Assembly (NCBI RefSeq): GCF_964204645.1
Contig: NC_134032.1
Span: 372,001 to 436,000, forward strand
Direction of reading: 5' to 3'
DNA: 64,000 nucleotides
Source: Tubulanus polymorphus
Lineage: Eukaryota > Animalia > Nemertea
Part shown: positions 11,748-24,205 of the stretch, one piece after another
Position numbering within the stretch: the stretch's first letter is position 1
Layout: each line of letters begins with the position of its first letter
Translations under genes and position numbers: made by a program
Notes under the pieces: generated by a model
Seen by the model: the letters and a program-made list of their open reading frames with translations, nothing else
What the model was told of the DNA's origin: nothing
Database searches by the model: none

Positions 11748-13989
11748 ACTGCCCAGCCCTGACACTAGGGGGCACTTCCCCCGGCCCCCACAACATTCAG
11801 ATTAATCTGTAAATATACAACAAATAAATATATATCATATTATCAGTAGATATGTTCAAATTGTATTTACTATGACTCGTATGAGCGGTGATCAGAGAGC
11901 GATCGACTTTTCGATTGCTTTTTATCGGAATGAAGTATCGTCTGCCAAAGAGGGAGGGAAGAGGGGCGGAGATGGGGCGTAGGGAGGGTGGGACATGGTA
12001 AAGAGGAGAGACGGCGAAGGAACAGGGTCACTACAGATCATTCATTGAGTTTCCAAGGAGTCTTGAGGGAGACTATTCGACGAAACGTCTGCATAACTTT
12101 CATATCCCGATTACAGACATAATCCTCCTAAATCAGTACATTGTTTATCTCGGTATATAGAAAACTGTTTACAAAACTACTCGTTTTGTAAACAGATTTC
12201 TTATCCTAACTTATCCAAGCCCGCCAGGCCCTCTACAGATGGGTTATCTCTGAATATATTCAATATACTCTAATAAATTCAATTTCAAATTTCGAGGAAC
12301 GTCTACATACAGACTCCTCCTAAATAAATCAGTGCTGTTTACCTCAGAAAAATTATTAATTAAGTTGTTTCATGAGCAAATATTCATCCTATCACTATAC
12401 TTAACTCAGTTTCTGATTCTAAAAAAATCCTGTTCACAACTGTACCGATTTGGCGTAGTTGTCTACTGTAAACTTCTATTAGACTGTTTCTCAAAATTGA
12501 AAGAGTTTTCAAGGAAACTTTGTGCATTTTGCTCAAATTAAAGGAGTTTCAAGCACTTTTTAAAACATTTTCCGTTTAGAGGTCATTTCCTGTTTTTAAA
12601 GATTCAAGGAGTCGTAAGGACCCCCAGCAGAGAATGAAACACATTGCGTTGAAAGCGAGCGCGAGAGAAAGGGATCGGAGTCGCGAACTCTGATTGGCAA
12701 TTGAACAATCGAAAGGCTTGGATGGCGAACGGGGAAGAATAGTTCCTGGGAAAGAGGGGACGATCTATAGAACGAATCGAATTGAAAGAAGGCGGGTGGA
12801 AGGGAGTGAGATGGTTGAGGGCTTTTAACTCGACAATCAGTTTTCACTTCGTCTTAAAAGCCTTTTATCTAAACATTGACACAAATCATTCCTATGATTC
12901 TCAACGATTTACTGTCAATGGCGCATGAAAATACTGTAACGTTTTTGAACAGTATTAGCCTGCGATGGGCCTGTTCCAGTCAGCGTCGTCGATTTTTCAA
13001 ATATTCAAACACGCGAATTTATATTTCGGGGAAATTGCGGGGGGGCACGCGGTGCAATCGGAAAGTGACGTCAAAGGAAGACGAACGAAAATACAGAGTC
13101 TCCAGTTAAAGTGCTCTACGTCGCTCGTGTGTGCGGTTAAAAGGATTTCACGCAGACTAACGCGGTTCAGTAAGTTTGCGTGCAGAACGTTTTTCTCGTG
13201 GGGGAAATCTGTGACCACTTAACTAAATGGCTTTTTCCTAAAGATCTCTCCCCGTCTCTCCCTCATCGCTCCCTCTGCATCTTATATGGTCATTCGTTTG
13301 TTCAGCGGTGCCTTACGTAGATTTGACCTTTAACATTCTGGCGACGTCCTTGAAACTTTTCCCCGATGCTCGGGGAGATTAGTTCGATGTAAACATGAAA
13401 CTGATCAGGTCGCGAGATGTGTCTAACATGTGTATATTAAAAGAAACCTTCGTCAGAGCCCGAGGCTTGTATCGACTAGCGCGCACCTGTGGCAAGTGAG
13501 GCGTTTTCCATTAGAGGTGAAACGCATAGTTCCGAAACGTGCCGCCTCGAACATTATTTTCGTAAAATTTATTCAAATTTAGTGAAACGTTAAGAAACCG
13601 TCGCTCATAGTTCTATTTCAAGAGAAGGGCACTTTCCTATTGAAAAAGGACGTATCTAAAATATGAAGTTCCCGGATACCTGAATAAATCATTCGAGAAT
13701 GGAAATAATTCACTTCCCCGAAAACATGAAAATTGTATCCAAATTTCACAAAATATTTTGACACTGACAACGAGTGCAATGCACGGTAAGTATTCGGATC
13801 TGCCGAACTCGTGCCGACCAGTCGTAGCTACCACACACCGGCTAGCCAAAAACGAATACGAATATTTAATTTTAACTTCAATCATTCGTCCTGACAATGT
13901 CAATATATTAGGATATAGAAAATCATACTAATCTTAATACAGTATGTAAGAAACCAAATATTTACAGAACACAACTCAGGCTATCTATA

Positions 13990-14195
13990 ATATTCATCGA
14001 TAATTTCGGGTCCTTCGTAGGCATTTCTCAAACTCTTTTTTAATCAGTCTATAATTACAAATTGTATCTTCGTTAGCCATTTCATTCCGCCATTCTTGAA
14101 TAAATCGATCTTTAAGGAATATTTCATACGATTGTTTAAACCATTGACAACTACTGGAACTTGGATGATCCATACGTAATCTAAGTAACAATCAC
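13990..14195 (-). pseudogene. Non-LTR retrotransposon ORF2 C-terminal fragment
   Basis: WFKQSYEIFLKDRFIQEWRNEMANEDTICNYRLIKKEFEK resembles the LKD.FIQ.W....NYR..K..F.FEKYL tail of invertebrate LINE ORF2 proteins (recognised from memory). Confidence 0.6.
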
Positions 14196-14734
14196 TAATA
14201 GAAATTGATACATTGTTGCGCCATCTGGTGTTTAACTCATAACGATTTGTTTCCCCTCCTCCCCTCTCCCCTCCTCCCCTCGGAACTTGCCGTTTAAACC
14301 CGGGTTATTACTATGTAATCAAGTGTTATCAAGCACTTTTTAATTCGCGTGTTTTTTCAGTGTTTACGGCGTGTTGTAGTCGTTATAGCGTTCAGTGCGG
14401 ATGCGGTTCAGTCGGAGCGCCCCGCTGTCTGATGGTTATCAACCCAATTACCAGGGCTCACCTCGAACTCATTGCACGGCAATTGTTATTCGATAAAACG
14501 GGAAATAATCATTCCTAATTGGTGGCATTAAGTTCTGATTTGTGTCATTAAAAGTTAATCAAACGGTAACGATTTGAGTTGAAGTGGGCCGGAAATCGAT
14601 ACAAAATAATAAGTACTCCATCGTCGAGATAACACTAAATCAAGGCACCCGGGATCGCTAAAAAAACGTTGCCGTGGCGATAAATCGTAAAATAGCTTGC
14701 ATATACCCAAACTTCGAATTTTCCACAGTCACGT

Positions 14735-14925
14735 GGGTCCACCAGGTGTCGCCAGTGCGCATTGGGATATCAATAGGATTCCACTTGTGGCAAGCGAGGA
14801 TCCACCATGTGCCGCAACTGCGCAGTACCACATCAACTACCGCGGCAACAGAGGATGCCACTTGCGGCAAGTGAGGATCCACCAGGTGTCGCCAGCGTAC
14901 AGTAGGACATCAATTACTGCAGTCA
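14735..14925 (+). repeat. 77-bp family cluster (fragment also at about 15655-15700)
   Basis: ccaccaggtgtcgcc and ggattccacttgtggcaagcgaggatccacc units. Confidence 0.8.
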
Positions 14926-16785
14926 TAGCCAGTTTCATCTAAAGTTCAAGGCCCAATCTTATAAACTCGTTGTAGGCAAGTTAACCTCAAGCGTCTGGCT
15001 TCAAATAAATCCAGTTAGTTCAAATCATAGAGAAAGGTTTTATAGACACGTTTTTATCCTTGACCCGGGGGTAACCCAATTGACTACAAGTTCGTTAACG
15101 GGTGTCAAACTATTTCGGACAGACGCACTTTGCAACTAGATTATAAATGATCGAGGATTAGGAATTTTGGAAACGGCAGCAAAAAATGCAGCGCCAAAAA
15201 ATACCACGGGGAAACATATTTTATTTATAGACGTCTAAATGGATTTTGTAGCGAGATAATAGAACAATAAAACCGGCCAAATATTGTATACATTTATGCA
15301 GTTTGTAATTAATGGGTTTTGTATAATTCACTGGTAAACATGACACTGAGTGGTTCGGTTTTTATTTCATCTCTATCGGCCGTGTCTGGGAATCCAATTT
15401 ATCAGAAATGGCTCAACAATATCCGCGATGTTAATAAAACCATCAGGACATCGATGATTATGGAAATACTGACGGGATTACATCCGATTACTCGATTTAG
15501 TGTTCTAGGGCTAAGAATGCGGCCGTGCCTGAAGCCGGAAAAGAATTCCGGCTTCCTGATTTAGCGTTATGAATGTCCCTAAAATTCATCTTAAAAATGG
15601 TGCGCAGACGCTGTTGAAGTTCACGTTTTGGTTAAAATGGGGTAACCGCACCGCTGCTGCGGCAATCGAGGATTCCACGTGATGGCAGGCGAGGATCCGA
15701 TAAAACAAAGTTATTAGCAATACATACATGCACTATTAAACAATACATGTATTGGAGGCATCTAAGTCATTTTCTATGAATATAACTGAATGCATTGTTA
15801 CGCCATCTGGTGCCGGTACCCCATTGAGTTATATTCAAGTAACGTTGAAATTTGCTTTGTTTCCTGGCAGACTCGTAGCAGGCTGGTAGCAATGTTATCG
15901 ACTAATATAGAAAACGAAACATCTGCGTGAAGGTATCTTTGCTGATATTCAGCGCAATATGTAACAAAGGGTCCTTTCATGCGATGAATCGTCGGAAAAA
16001 TTATTTTCAAGACTCCTTTCGCTATCGTAGGTGGTCTTTTATCCAATACTGATGGAAGTTTCATGTTTTGTTGCGTAAGAATTTCAAATAAAAAGATCTA
16101 GTAAAAAAAAACTTCGACATTAAATTTCGAAAGTCTTAAAAACTGGATAAACACTGAAGTGCGCCAACCGCTTCGATTGCGGGCGAAAGATCGGCGTAAA
16201 AAAACGACCGCGGGTTCCACTTTCCAATCTTCTAGGGACGGAAAACACTCTCCTCGTCAATATCAGATATACCGTACCGCGAGCGGATGTAAAAAGACAC
16301 CAGAGAGAGAGAGGGAGAGAGAGGGGGAGAGAGAGGATGAGAGGGAGAGAGGGCGAGAGAGAGGATGAGAGGGAGAGAGGGAGAGAGGGCGAGAGGGAGA
16401 GAGGGCGAGAGAGGGGGAAAGCTACTTATAAATTACAAATAAGAATATGAGATTTGTTGGGAAGTACCGGCGAGCTTATTATTACTAGAGCGAATATGAT
16501 TTGAGAGATCAGAGTCGGGTGACGTGTAGATCATGAGAGGAGGATGGGGAGCATTATTGTGAGAAATATTCGACCTCTAAAGAGATCACGGATGGAGTCA
16601 AACGGATGAATTTATACACGTCTCACAGTGTTTGATGAATTGGTCGAAAAAACGATACGAAAAAAAGGAATTCACTGAGCTTTCATCGATAATCAGTGTT
16701 AAACAGAATCGGGTTCAAATATCTGTGAAGGAAGGATCTGGGTCGGGTTTAGAGGTGACATCATGACGGAAGGGAGTCTAATTTA

Positions 16786-19299
16786 TGATGTCATCAGGTT
16801 TGAGAATCCCTGCTGAGGGAGGATGTGTCTATTAGGACAGGGGTTTGTACTGTGACAGAGTCTCATGATGTCACCAGGTTTGAGAATCCCTGCTGAGGGA
16901 GGATGTGTCTATTAGGACAGGGGTTTGTACTGTGATAGAGTCTCACGATGTCATCAGGTTTGAATCCTTGCTGAGGGAGGATGTGTCTACTAGGACAAGG
17001 GTTTGTACTGTGACAGAGTCTCATGTGTCTACTAGGACAGGGGTTTGTACTGTGACAGAGTCTCATGATGTCATCAGGTTTGAGAATCCCTGCTGAGGGA
17101 GGATGTGTCTATTAGGACAGGGGTTTGTACTGTGACAGAGTCTCATGATGTCACCAGGTTCAAATCCCTGCTGAGGGAGGATGTGTCTACTAGGACAGGG
17201 GTTTGTACTGTGACAGAGTCTCACGATGTCATCAGGTTCAAATCCCTGCTGAGGGAGGATGTGTCTATTAGGACAGGGGTTTGTACTGTGATAGAGTCTC
17301 ATGATGTCATCAGGTTTGAATCCTTGCTGAGGGAGGATGTGTCTACTAGGACAAGGGTTTGTACTGTGACAGAGTCTCATGTGTCTACTAGGACAGGGGT
17401 TTGTACTGTGACAGAGTCTCACGATGTCATCAGGTTTGAATCCCTGCTGAGGGAGGATGTGTCTACTAGGACAGGGGTTTGTACTGTGACAGAGTCTCAT
17501 GATGTCATCAGGTTTGAATCCTTGCTGAGGGAGGATGTGTCTACTAGGACAGGGGTTTGTACTGTGATAGAGTCTCATGATGTCATCAGGTTTGAATCCC
17601 TGTGAGGGAGGATGTGTCTACTAGGACAGGGGTTTGTACTGTGACAGAGTCTCACGATGTCATCAGGTTCAAATCCCTGCTGAGGGAGGATGTGTCTATT
17701 AGGACAGGGGTTTGTACTGTGATAGAGTCTCATGATGTCATCAGGTTTGAATCCTTGCTGAGGGAGGATGTGTCTACTAGGACAAGGGTTTGTACTGTGA
17801 CAGAGTCTCATGTGTCTACTAGGACAGGGGTTTGTACTGTGACAGAGTCTCACGATGTCATCAGGTTTGAATCCCTGCTGAGGGAGGATGTGTCTACTAG
17901 GACAGGGGTTTGTACTGTGACAGAGTCTCATGATGTCATCAGGTTTGAATCCTTGCTGAGGGAGGATGTGTCTACTAGGACAGGAGTTTGTACTGTGACA
18001 GAGTCTCATGTGTCTACTAGGACAGGGGTTTGTACTGTGACAGAGTCTCACGATGTCATCAGGTTTGAATCCCTGCTGAGGGAGGATGTGTCTACTAGGA
18101 CAGGGGTTTGTACTGTGACAGAGTCTCATGATGTCATCAGGTTTGAATCCTTGCTGAGGGAGGATGTGTCTACTAGGACAGGGGTTTGTACTGTGACAGA
18201 GTCTCATGTGTCTACTAGGACAGGGGTTTGTACTGTGACAGAGTCTCACGATGTCATCAGGTTTGAATCCCTGCTGAGGGAGGATGTGTCTACTAGGACA
18301 GGGGTTTGTACTGTGACAGAGTCTCACGATGTCTTCAGGTTTCAATCCCTGCTGAGGGAGGATGTGTCTACTAGGACAGGGGTTTGTACTGTGACGGAGT
18401 CTCACGATGTCATCAGGTTTGAATCCCTGCTGAGGGAGGATGTGTCTACTAGGACAGGGGTTTGTACTGTGACAGAGTCTCATGTGTCTACTAGGACAGG
18501 GGTTTGTACTGTGACAGAGTCTCATGATGTCATCAGGTTTGAATCCCTGTGAGGGAGGATGTGTCTACTAGGACAGGGGTTTGTACTGTGACAGAGTCTC
18601 ATGATGTCATCAGGTTTGAATCCTTGCTGAGGGAGGATGTGTCTACTAGGACAGGGGTTTGTACTGTGACAGAGTCTCACGATGTCATCAGGTTTGAATC
18701 CCTGCTGAGGGAGGATGTGTCTACTAGGACAGGGGTTTGTACTGTGACAGAGTCTCACGATGTCATCAGGTTTGAATCCCTGCTGAGGGAGGATGTGTCT
18801 ACTAGGACAGGGGTTTGTACTGTGACAGAGTCTCACGATGTCATCAGGTTTGAATCCCTGTGAGGGAGGATGTGTCTACTAGGACAGGAGTTTGTACTGT
18901 GACAGAGTCTCATGTGTCTACTAGGACAGGGGTTTGTACTGTGACAGAGTCTCATGATGTCATCAGGTTTGAATCCCTGTGAGGGAGGATGTGTCTACTA
19001 GGACAGGAGTTTGTACTGTGACAGAGTCTCATGTGTCTACTAGGACAGGGGTTTGTACTGTGACAGAGTCTCACGATGTCATCAGGTTTGAATCCCTGTG
19101 AGGGAGGATGTGTCTACTAGGACAGGGGTTTGTACTGTGACAGAGTCTCATGATGTCATCAGGTTCAAATCCCTGCTGAGGGAGGATGTGTCTACTAGGA
19201 CAGGGGTTTGTACTGTGACAGAGTCTCATGATGTCATCAGGTTTGAGAATCCTTGCTGAGGGAGGATGTGTCTACTAGCACAGCAGTTTGTACTGTGAC
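16786..19299 (+). repeat. 78-bp satellite with interspersed 42-bp truncated units, array 1
   Basis: Unit gatgtcatcaggtttgaatccctgctgagggaggatgtgtctactaggacaggggtttgtactgtgacagagtctca(c/t). The 26-aa periodic ORFs reflect the 78-bp period; a 78+78+42 higher-order pattern is visible. Confidence 0.95.
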
Positions 19300-19804
19300 T
19301 TCAAAATACATGTACTGAATATATAAAACTTAATCTGCCATGAATCCAGCGATTATAAGAAAATCGATATTGATGCATTCAGTTTCCGGATTAAGCTTTC
19401 AGTTTCGTACATCCACCCGGATTATAAACACAATTGAGCCGAATTAAATCCTCGAAAAGAAATTCCGGAGCAAATGGATGTTCATCCATCGGGGTATCGC
19501 CAGTCAATATTGCCAGCAATTCCGCGACCGTTTCGTTATCGGCACCAGCGGGTCGATTCGGGACGGGCTACGGATTATTGACGGATTATCGAAGGTAGAC
19601 GATAATCTGCGTTTAGTCTGAAGATAAAAATGTGATCGGAAATCATTTCATAGGAAACTAACAGCGCCGTGTTTTATAGACATGCGGGAAATAAGTGGAA
19701 ATAAGTGGAAATCGATTCAAAACGGGCAGCGATTAAATACGTTAAGACACGAGACAAGATTTCAGGAAAATCCGTTTTAACGCTAAGTAAGCTATCCGTT
19801 TTGA

Positions 19805-20374
19805 TATTCCTGAAGATGACTATTAGGATATAGTCGAAACGTTGAATAAACTACACTAGCTCAAGGAAACATTTCAGACTCTTTTTATTCTTAGTGTGCA
19901 GGGATTTTATATTATCTTTACAACACGGACTCAGAGTGTTTCATCAATGGTTATAATGAGGACAACATCAGTATTCCTGAAGATGACTATTAGGATATAG
20001 TCGAAACGTTGAATAAACTACACTAGCTCAAGGAAACATTTCAGACTCTTTTTATTGTTAGTGTGCAGGGATTTTATAATATCTTTACAACACGGACTCA
20101 GAGTGTTTCATCAATGGTTATAATGAGGATAACATCAGTATTCCTGTAGATGACTATTGGGATATAGTGGAAACGTTGAATAAACTACACTAGCTCAAGG
20201 AAACATTTCAGACTCTTTTTATTCTTAGTGTGCAGGGATTTTATATTATCTTTACAACACGGACTCAGAGTGTTTCATTAATGATTATAATGAGGACAAC
20301 ATCAGTATTCCTGAAGATGACTATCAGTTTAATGTCGAAACGTTGAATAAACTACTATCATCAATATGGTTATT
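19805..20374 (+). mobile_element. 167-bp hammerhead array 2 (4 cores)
   Basis: Cores at 19805, 19972, 20139 and 20306. The first two are intact and adjacent, the third has CTGTAGA, the fourth has a different stem II loop. Confidence 0.85.
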
Positions 20375-20634
20375 ATTCGTTACAAAGCGAAAACAAAACG
20401 CTTAGACGCCAAATTGAAAGTATTTTCTTCGCACTAAGCTAAGCTTCCACTGCTTGATTGTGAGGTTCAATACGTCAAACTGGAGAACACTGATAACCGG
20501 AAGCGAATCGATGCGATGTTTCTATTTCCGGTGTAACTAGCTGGAATGTTGTGATCGGTATTTCCACTGACTGTTGTCGCTGAACTCGAATCGATTGATC
20601 GATTAAACTATACAACTGATTTTTCATCGAAAGT

Positions 20635-21002
20635 CACTCGCTACATCGCTAAATACCCGTTTTAGTACATCACCCGCTACATCACTACAAACCCGTTTTA
20701 GTACATCACCCGCTACATCACTACAAACCCGTTTTAGTACATCACCCGCTACATCACTACATACCCGTTTTAGTACATCACCCGCTACATCACTACATAC
20801 CCGTTTTAGTACATCACCCGCTACATCACTACATACCCGTTTTAGTACATCACCCGCTACATCACTACATACCCGTTTTAGTACATCACCCGCTACATCA
20901 CTACATACCCGTTTTAGTACATCACCCGCTACATCACTACATACCCGTTTTAGTACATCACCCGCTACATCACTACAAACCCATTTTAGTACACCACCCG
21001 CT
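20635..21002. repeat. 36-bp minisatellite, about 10 copies
   Basis: acccgttttagtacatcacccgctacatcactaca(a/t). Confidence 0.95.
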
Positions 21003-21009
21003 ATGTATC

Positions 21010-21050
21010 GGCTGACATGCTGGAGGTGGTAGGTTCGAGTCCTGCTAGGA
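21010..21050 (+). mobile_element. tRNA-derived SINE head fragment (B-box)
   Basis: gctggaggtggtaGGTTCGAGTCCtgc. Shares gctggaggt with the A-box-bearing piece at about 42850-42910. No full cloverleaf. Confidence 0.45.
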
Positions 21051-21563
21051 TCGAGGTTACGGCCTGGGCAGGGTTAGGGTATGGATCGGTTTTGGTCAGT
21101 TGTATCATAAGGAACGTTTTTTAAATCGTCTTCATCAATACACATTTTCCGGATAGCATTCGATATACATTTAGTTGGGTAGTTTGACTTTGATCTAACC
21201 GAGAATTCGCCCGCATAGAAATTTGAAGACAAGAATTAAGACGCCTAGAATTGAGAAAAAACTGCAGTGTTTAACTTGAACCATCTGGTTATCATCGCAA
21301 TTCCGAATAGCTCGCAATAAAGTTTAGCGGAGTCGGTTAGGTTAGAGAGATCTTTGTTTATAACGGGGATAAAGACTGTCTGTTAGTGAACGGAACAGAT
21401 AAATCCAGATTACTGAACGGTGGGGTGGTCTTAACGTACACACTTACTCTTAGAGTTGGAACTATCCTAATCTACTAAAACTAGCCCTGACCCAATGGAC
21501 TACTTTAGCATAACACACGAAGCAACAATTGAAATAAAGCATTGATTTTTAAGATAAAAACCA

Positions 21564-21669
21564 GGATCCAGTTCCACAGTTGTGAGTTATGCTCTGAGTT
21601 AAAGTTAGTTCATTTTCAATGTTTTAACCCAGGGTCAAATCTTAACTCCGAACTGGTGGAACTGGACCC
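21564..21669. mobile_element. Small hairpin MITE-like element
   Basis: Termini ggatccagttccacagtt and aactggtggaactggacc are imperfect inverted repeats; interior contains ttagttcattttcaatg. Confidence 0.6.
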
Positions 21670-21670
21670 A

Positions 21671-21780
21671 GGGACCGGTTTTGTAGGCCGGTAATACCTA
21701 CAACCCGGGGGCTGACTGAATTCATTTTGAATTAAGTTAGCCCCCGAGTTAAAGGTAATACCAGTCCATAAAACCGGCCC
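21671..21780. mobile_element. Second abutting hairpin MITE-like element
   Basis: Arms of about 46 bp: ggaccggttttgtaggccggtaatacctacaacccgggggctgact versus reverse complement gggccggttttatggactggtattacctttaactcgggggctaact. Confidence 0.7.
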
Positions 21781-22394
21781 CGGGTTTGTAGAAATCTGGC
21801 AGATCTAATACGAAATTGTTTAATATCAAAAATTCCAAAACAAATATAAAACGCATCATGGGCTCTAAGAACGAATTTAGAAGCCATGGACATTTCGGAC
21901 TCCCCTTTACAGCAGGCGATGGTCCCTAGAGAGTTTGAAATATCGCGACCTTTAAATTTTGATTCACGACGGGTAAAAACTATGTTTTTGTGTCTCACTT
22001 AAGCGGTTTCTAATCTTTCAAAGCTGAATACCGCTCCAGAAAACGACCGAATAAAAATTCCGCGTGGGCAATTCGAAATGAAGTCCTGCTATTAGAACGA
22101 GTAAACCTTCAAAGCGAATGCTCGCGATTCAGAGGAGTTTACGCAAAAAATAGAGTTTACATCAAAAGTTCACGTCATGTTGCCATGTGACCGGGTTTAA
22201 TGGTTAAGCAATTCTCAGAATTTTACTCGTTAAAAATGTAATTTTTCTGAAATGATGATGTTTGAAAACGATTCGAGAAGTTTTTGATCTTTCAGTCGTT
22301 GGAAATTTGTCGCAATCACAATTTGCGCTTACAGCATTTTATAGGATTCCATTTACTTTATGAGGGAGAGATATTTAAGGTGAAAGATCTCCGC

Positions 22395-22640
22395 CCCCTA
22401 TCTCACTTCTCTATCTCCCTCCCTCTCCCTTCTCTCCCCCTCCCCTTTCCCTCTCTCCCTCCCTATCCCTTCTCTCTCCCCTTCCCTCTCCCTTCTCTCC
22501 CCCTCCCCTCACTCTCTCCGCTCTCTCCAGACTCTATATCTCTCTCCTCTCCCCTCTCCCTTCTCTCTCCTCCTCCCTCTCCCTTCTCTCCCCCTCCCCT
22601 CACTCTATCCGCTCTCTCCCTCTCACTCTCATCTCTCTCA
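22395..22640. repeat. CT-rich low-complexity tract (another at 32020-32360)
   Basis: Polypyrimidine on the + strand. Confidence 0.9.
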
Positions 22641-22854
22641 GGTGGGTTGATGGAGCACTTTATTTCTGATAATATTGAAATGAAGATGCTGATTTGTGCA
22701 GTTTTTACCCTCGGGTCATGATTATTAATACATGAAACTTGACTGCGTCAGAAACTCTAACGTTACATGCGTTAGAATATAATGATTCCTTCTAGACAAA
22801 TTCAGAATTTTGTTTGGTTTTAATCGTTGGTTTGGGGGCCTTCATATATTGACT

Positions 22855-23335
22855 CAGTTCTATCCAGATCCAGTTCCCCAATATGTGTTCAATCTTACTC
22901 TGAACCCAGTTCCACAGTTGTGTAGTTTTAATTTGACTTTGAACCCAGTTTTACTTTTTTGTTGGTTTAATTTGACTCTGACGAACCCAGTTCCACAGTT
23001 GTGTGGGCTTAATTTGACTGAGGATCATTATTCAACAGTGTGTGGGTTTAAAATAGACTATGAATCCAGGTTCACAGTTGTGTGGGTTCAATTTGACTGT
23101 GGATCCAGTTCCACAGTTGTGTAGGTTTAATTTGACTCTGAACCCAGTTTTACGGTTTTGTTGGTTTAATTTGACTCTGAACCCAGTTTTACGGTTTTGT
23201 TGGTTAATTTGACTCTGACGAACCCAGTTCCACAGTTGTGTGGGCTTAATTTGACTGAGGATCATTATTCAACAGTGTGTGGGTTTAAAATAGACTATGA
23301 ATCCAGTTTCACAGTTGTGTCGGGTGTAACTTGAC
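22855..23335 (-). repeat. Diverged array of the 39-bp satellite family
   Basis: ccagttccacagttgtgtggg..taatttgactctga units, the reverse complement of the 47.4 kb array. Confidence 0.85.
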
Positions 23336-23799
23336 GCTCTCACTCAATCCTATGTCTTGTCCTATTGTCTCCCGCACAGAAGCCTTCACTCATGAATAAT
23401 CAAATCATAAATAAGGCTTTGTAAGGTCGATTATTTCGACAAGATTGAGAGTTACGCGCGCGCAAGAAACCGAATCGAATTACGCGCCTTATTCTGTATT
23501 TCCTCGCCGAGCTCGATACACAGATTAATCTCAATAATTCATCAGATTTTGTCCTATCGCTCAAAAAATCGTTTCGTCATCGGGGAAACTTTTTCACGCG
23601 CTCGTCCCTCGAAACGACACCCGGCGGTCGTTGAGAAAATATCCCTCAGCGTCGACGAGTTTGCGCTCGAATTTCATCATCGCCGGGGACTCGCCATATG
23701 TTTTATGACTTGGCACGCGGAGAATTTTTTAGCGAAATCGAGTTATTTTCGAGCAAAAAACTTCGTTTTATTTCATTAAGACAAGTTTATATTTTCTGT

Positions 23800-23904
23800 T
23801 GATTGTAAATATTGTATATTTCATAGTCCCACTCCATGTACCATCCATAGAAATGGTTGGAGTGTAAATAAAATCCTAATCCTAATCCTAATCCTAATCC
23901 TAAT
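23800..23904 (+). mobile_element. Retroposon (LINE/SINE) 3' end: stem-loop, AATAAA and (CCTAAT)n tail
   Basis: CACTCCA...ACCAT...ATGGT-TGGAGTG hairpin at 23830-23864, AATAAA, then five CCTAAT. Confidence 0.6.
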
Positions 23905-24205
23905 TAAAGTTCATTACCGACACTCCTATTATATAAATCTTTATGGCTTCGAAATCTAGAAATGATGCTTAGGACAGACTTTCCTGTTGATGTTTCCATC
24001 TTCAAGCCGAGTATAACTAACAAGCCCTAATCACTAGCTATCCCACCAGATGGCGTGCCTTAGATATAAAAATCTCCCTGTCCCCAAAAACCCTATTTCA
24101 AGATTTAAAAAAAGATATCGAAATCTAGCTAATGTTAATTACTGACACTCCTATAAAGATCTTCATGGCTTCGAAATCTAGATGGGATGCTTGGTCGGAC
24201 TTTGT
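23905..24205. repeat. Diverged direct duplication of about 75 bp
   Basis: attac.gacactcctat...atggcttcgaaatctaga...gatgctt at about 23913 and 24139. Confidence 0.7.

Noticed and set aside
12060-12095. CGAAACGTC as a possible further hammerhead
   Set aside because: The upstream core and the stem II and stem I pairings are not convincing.
16863-18863. Long ORFs on both strands of the 78-bp satellite (also at 57-58.8 kb)
   Set aside because: The unit length is divisible by 3 and happens to lack stops; frames break at 1-nt indels; no protein family recognised.
16786-19299. CTGATGA on the minus strand of the 78-bp unit as a possible hammerhead
   Set aside because: No GAAA box after a closed stem II (GAGAC or CAAAC instead) and no stem I complement.
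21010-21050. tRNA gene (also 42845-42910)
   Set aside because: Only isolated A- or B-box pieces; no complete cloverleaf.
23872-23904. Interstitial telomere
   Set aside because: The unit is CCTAAT, not CCCTAA, and it follows AATAAA like a retroposon tail.
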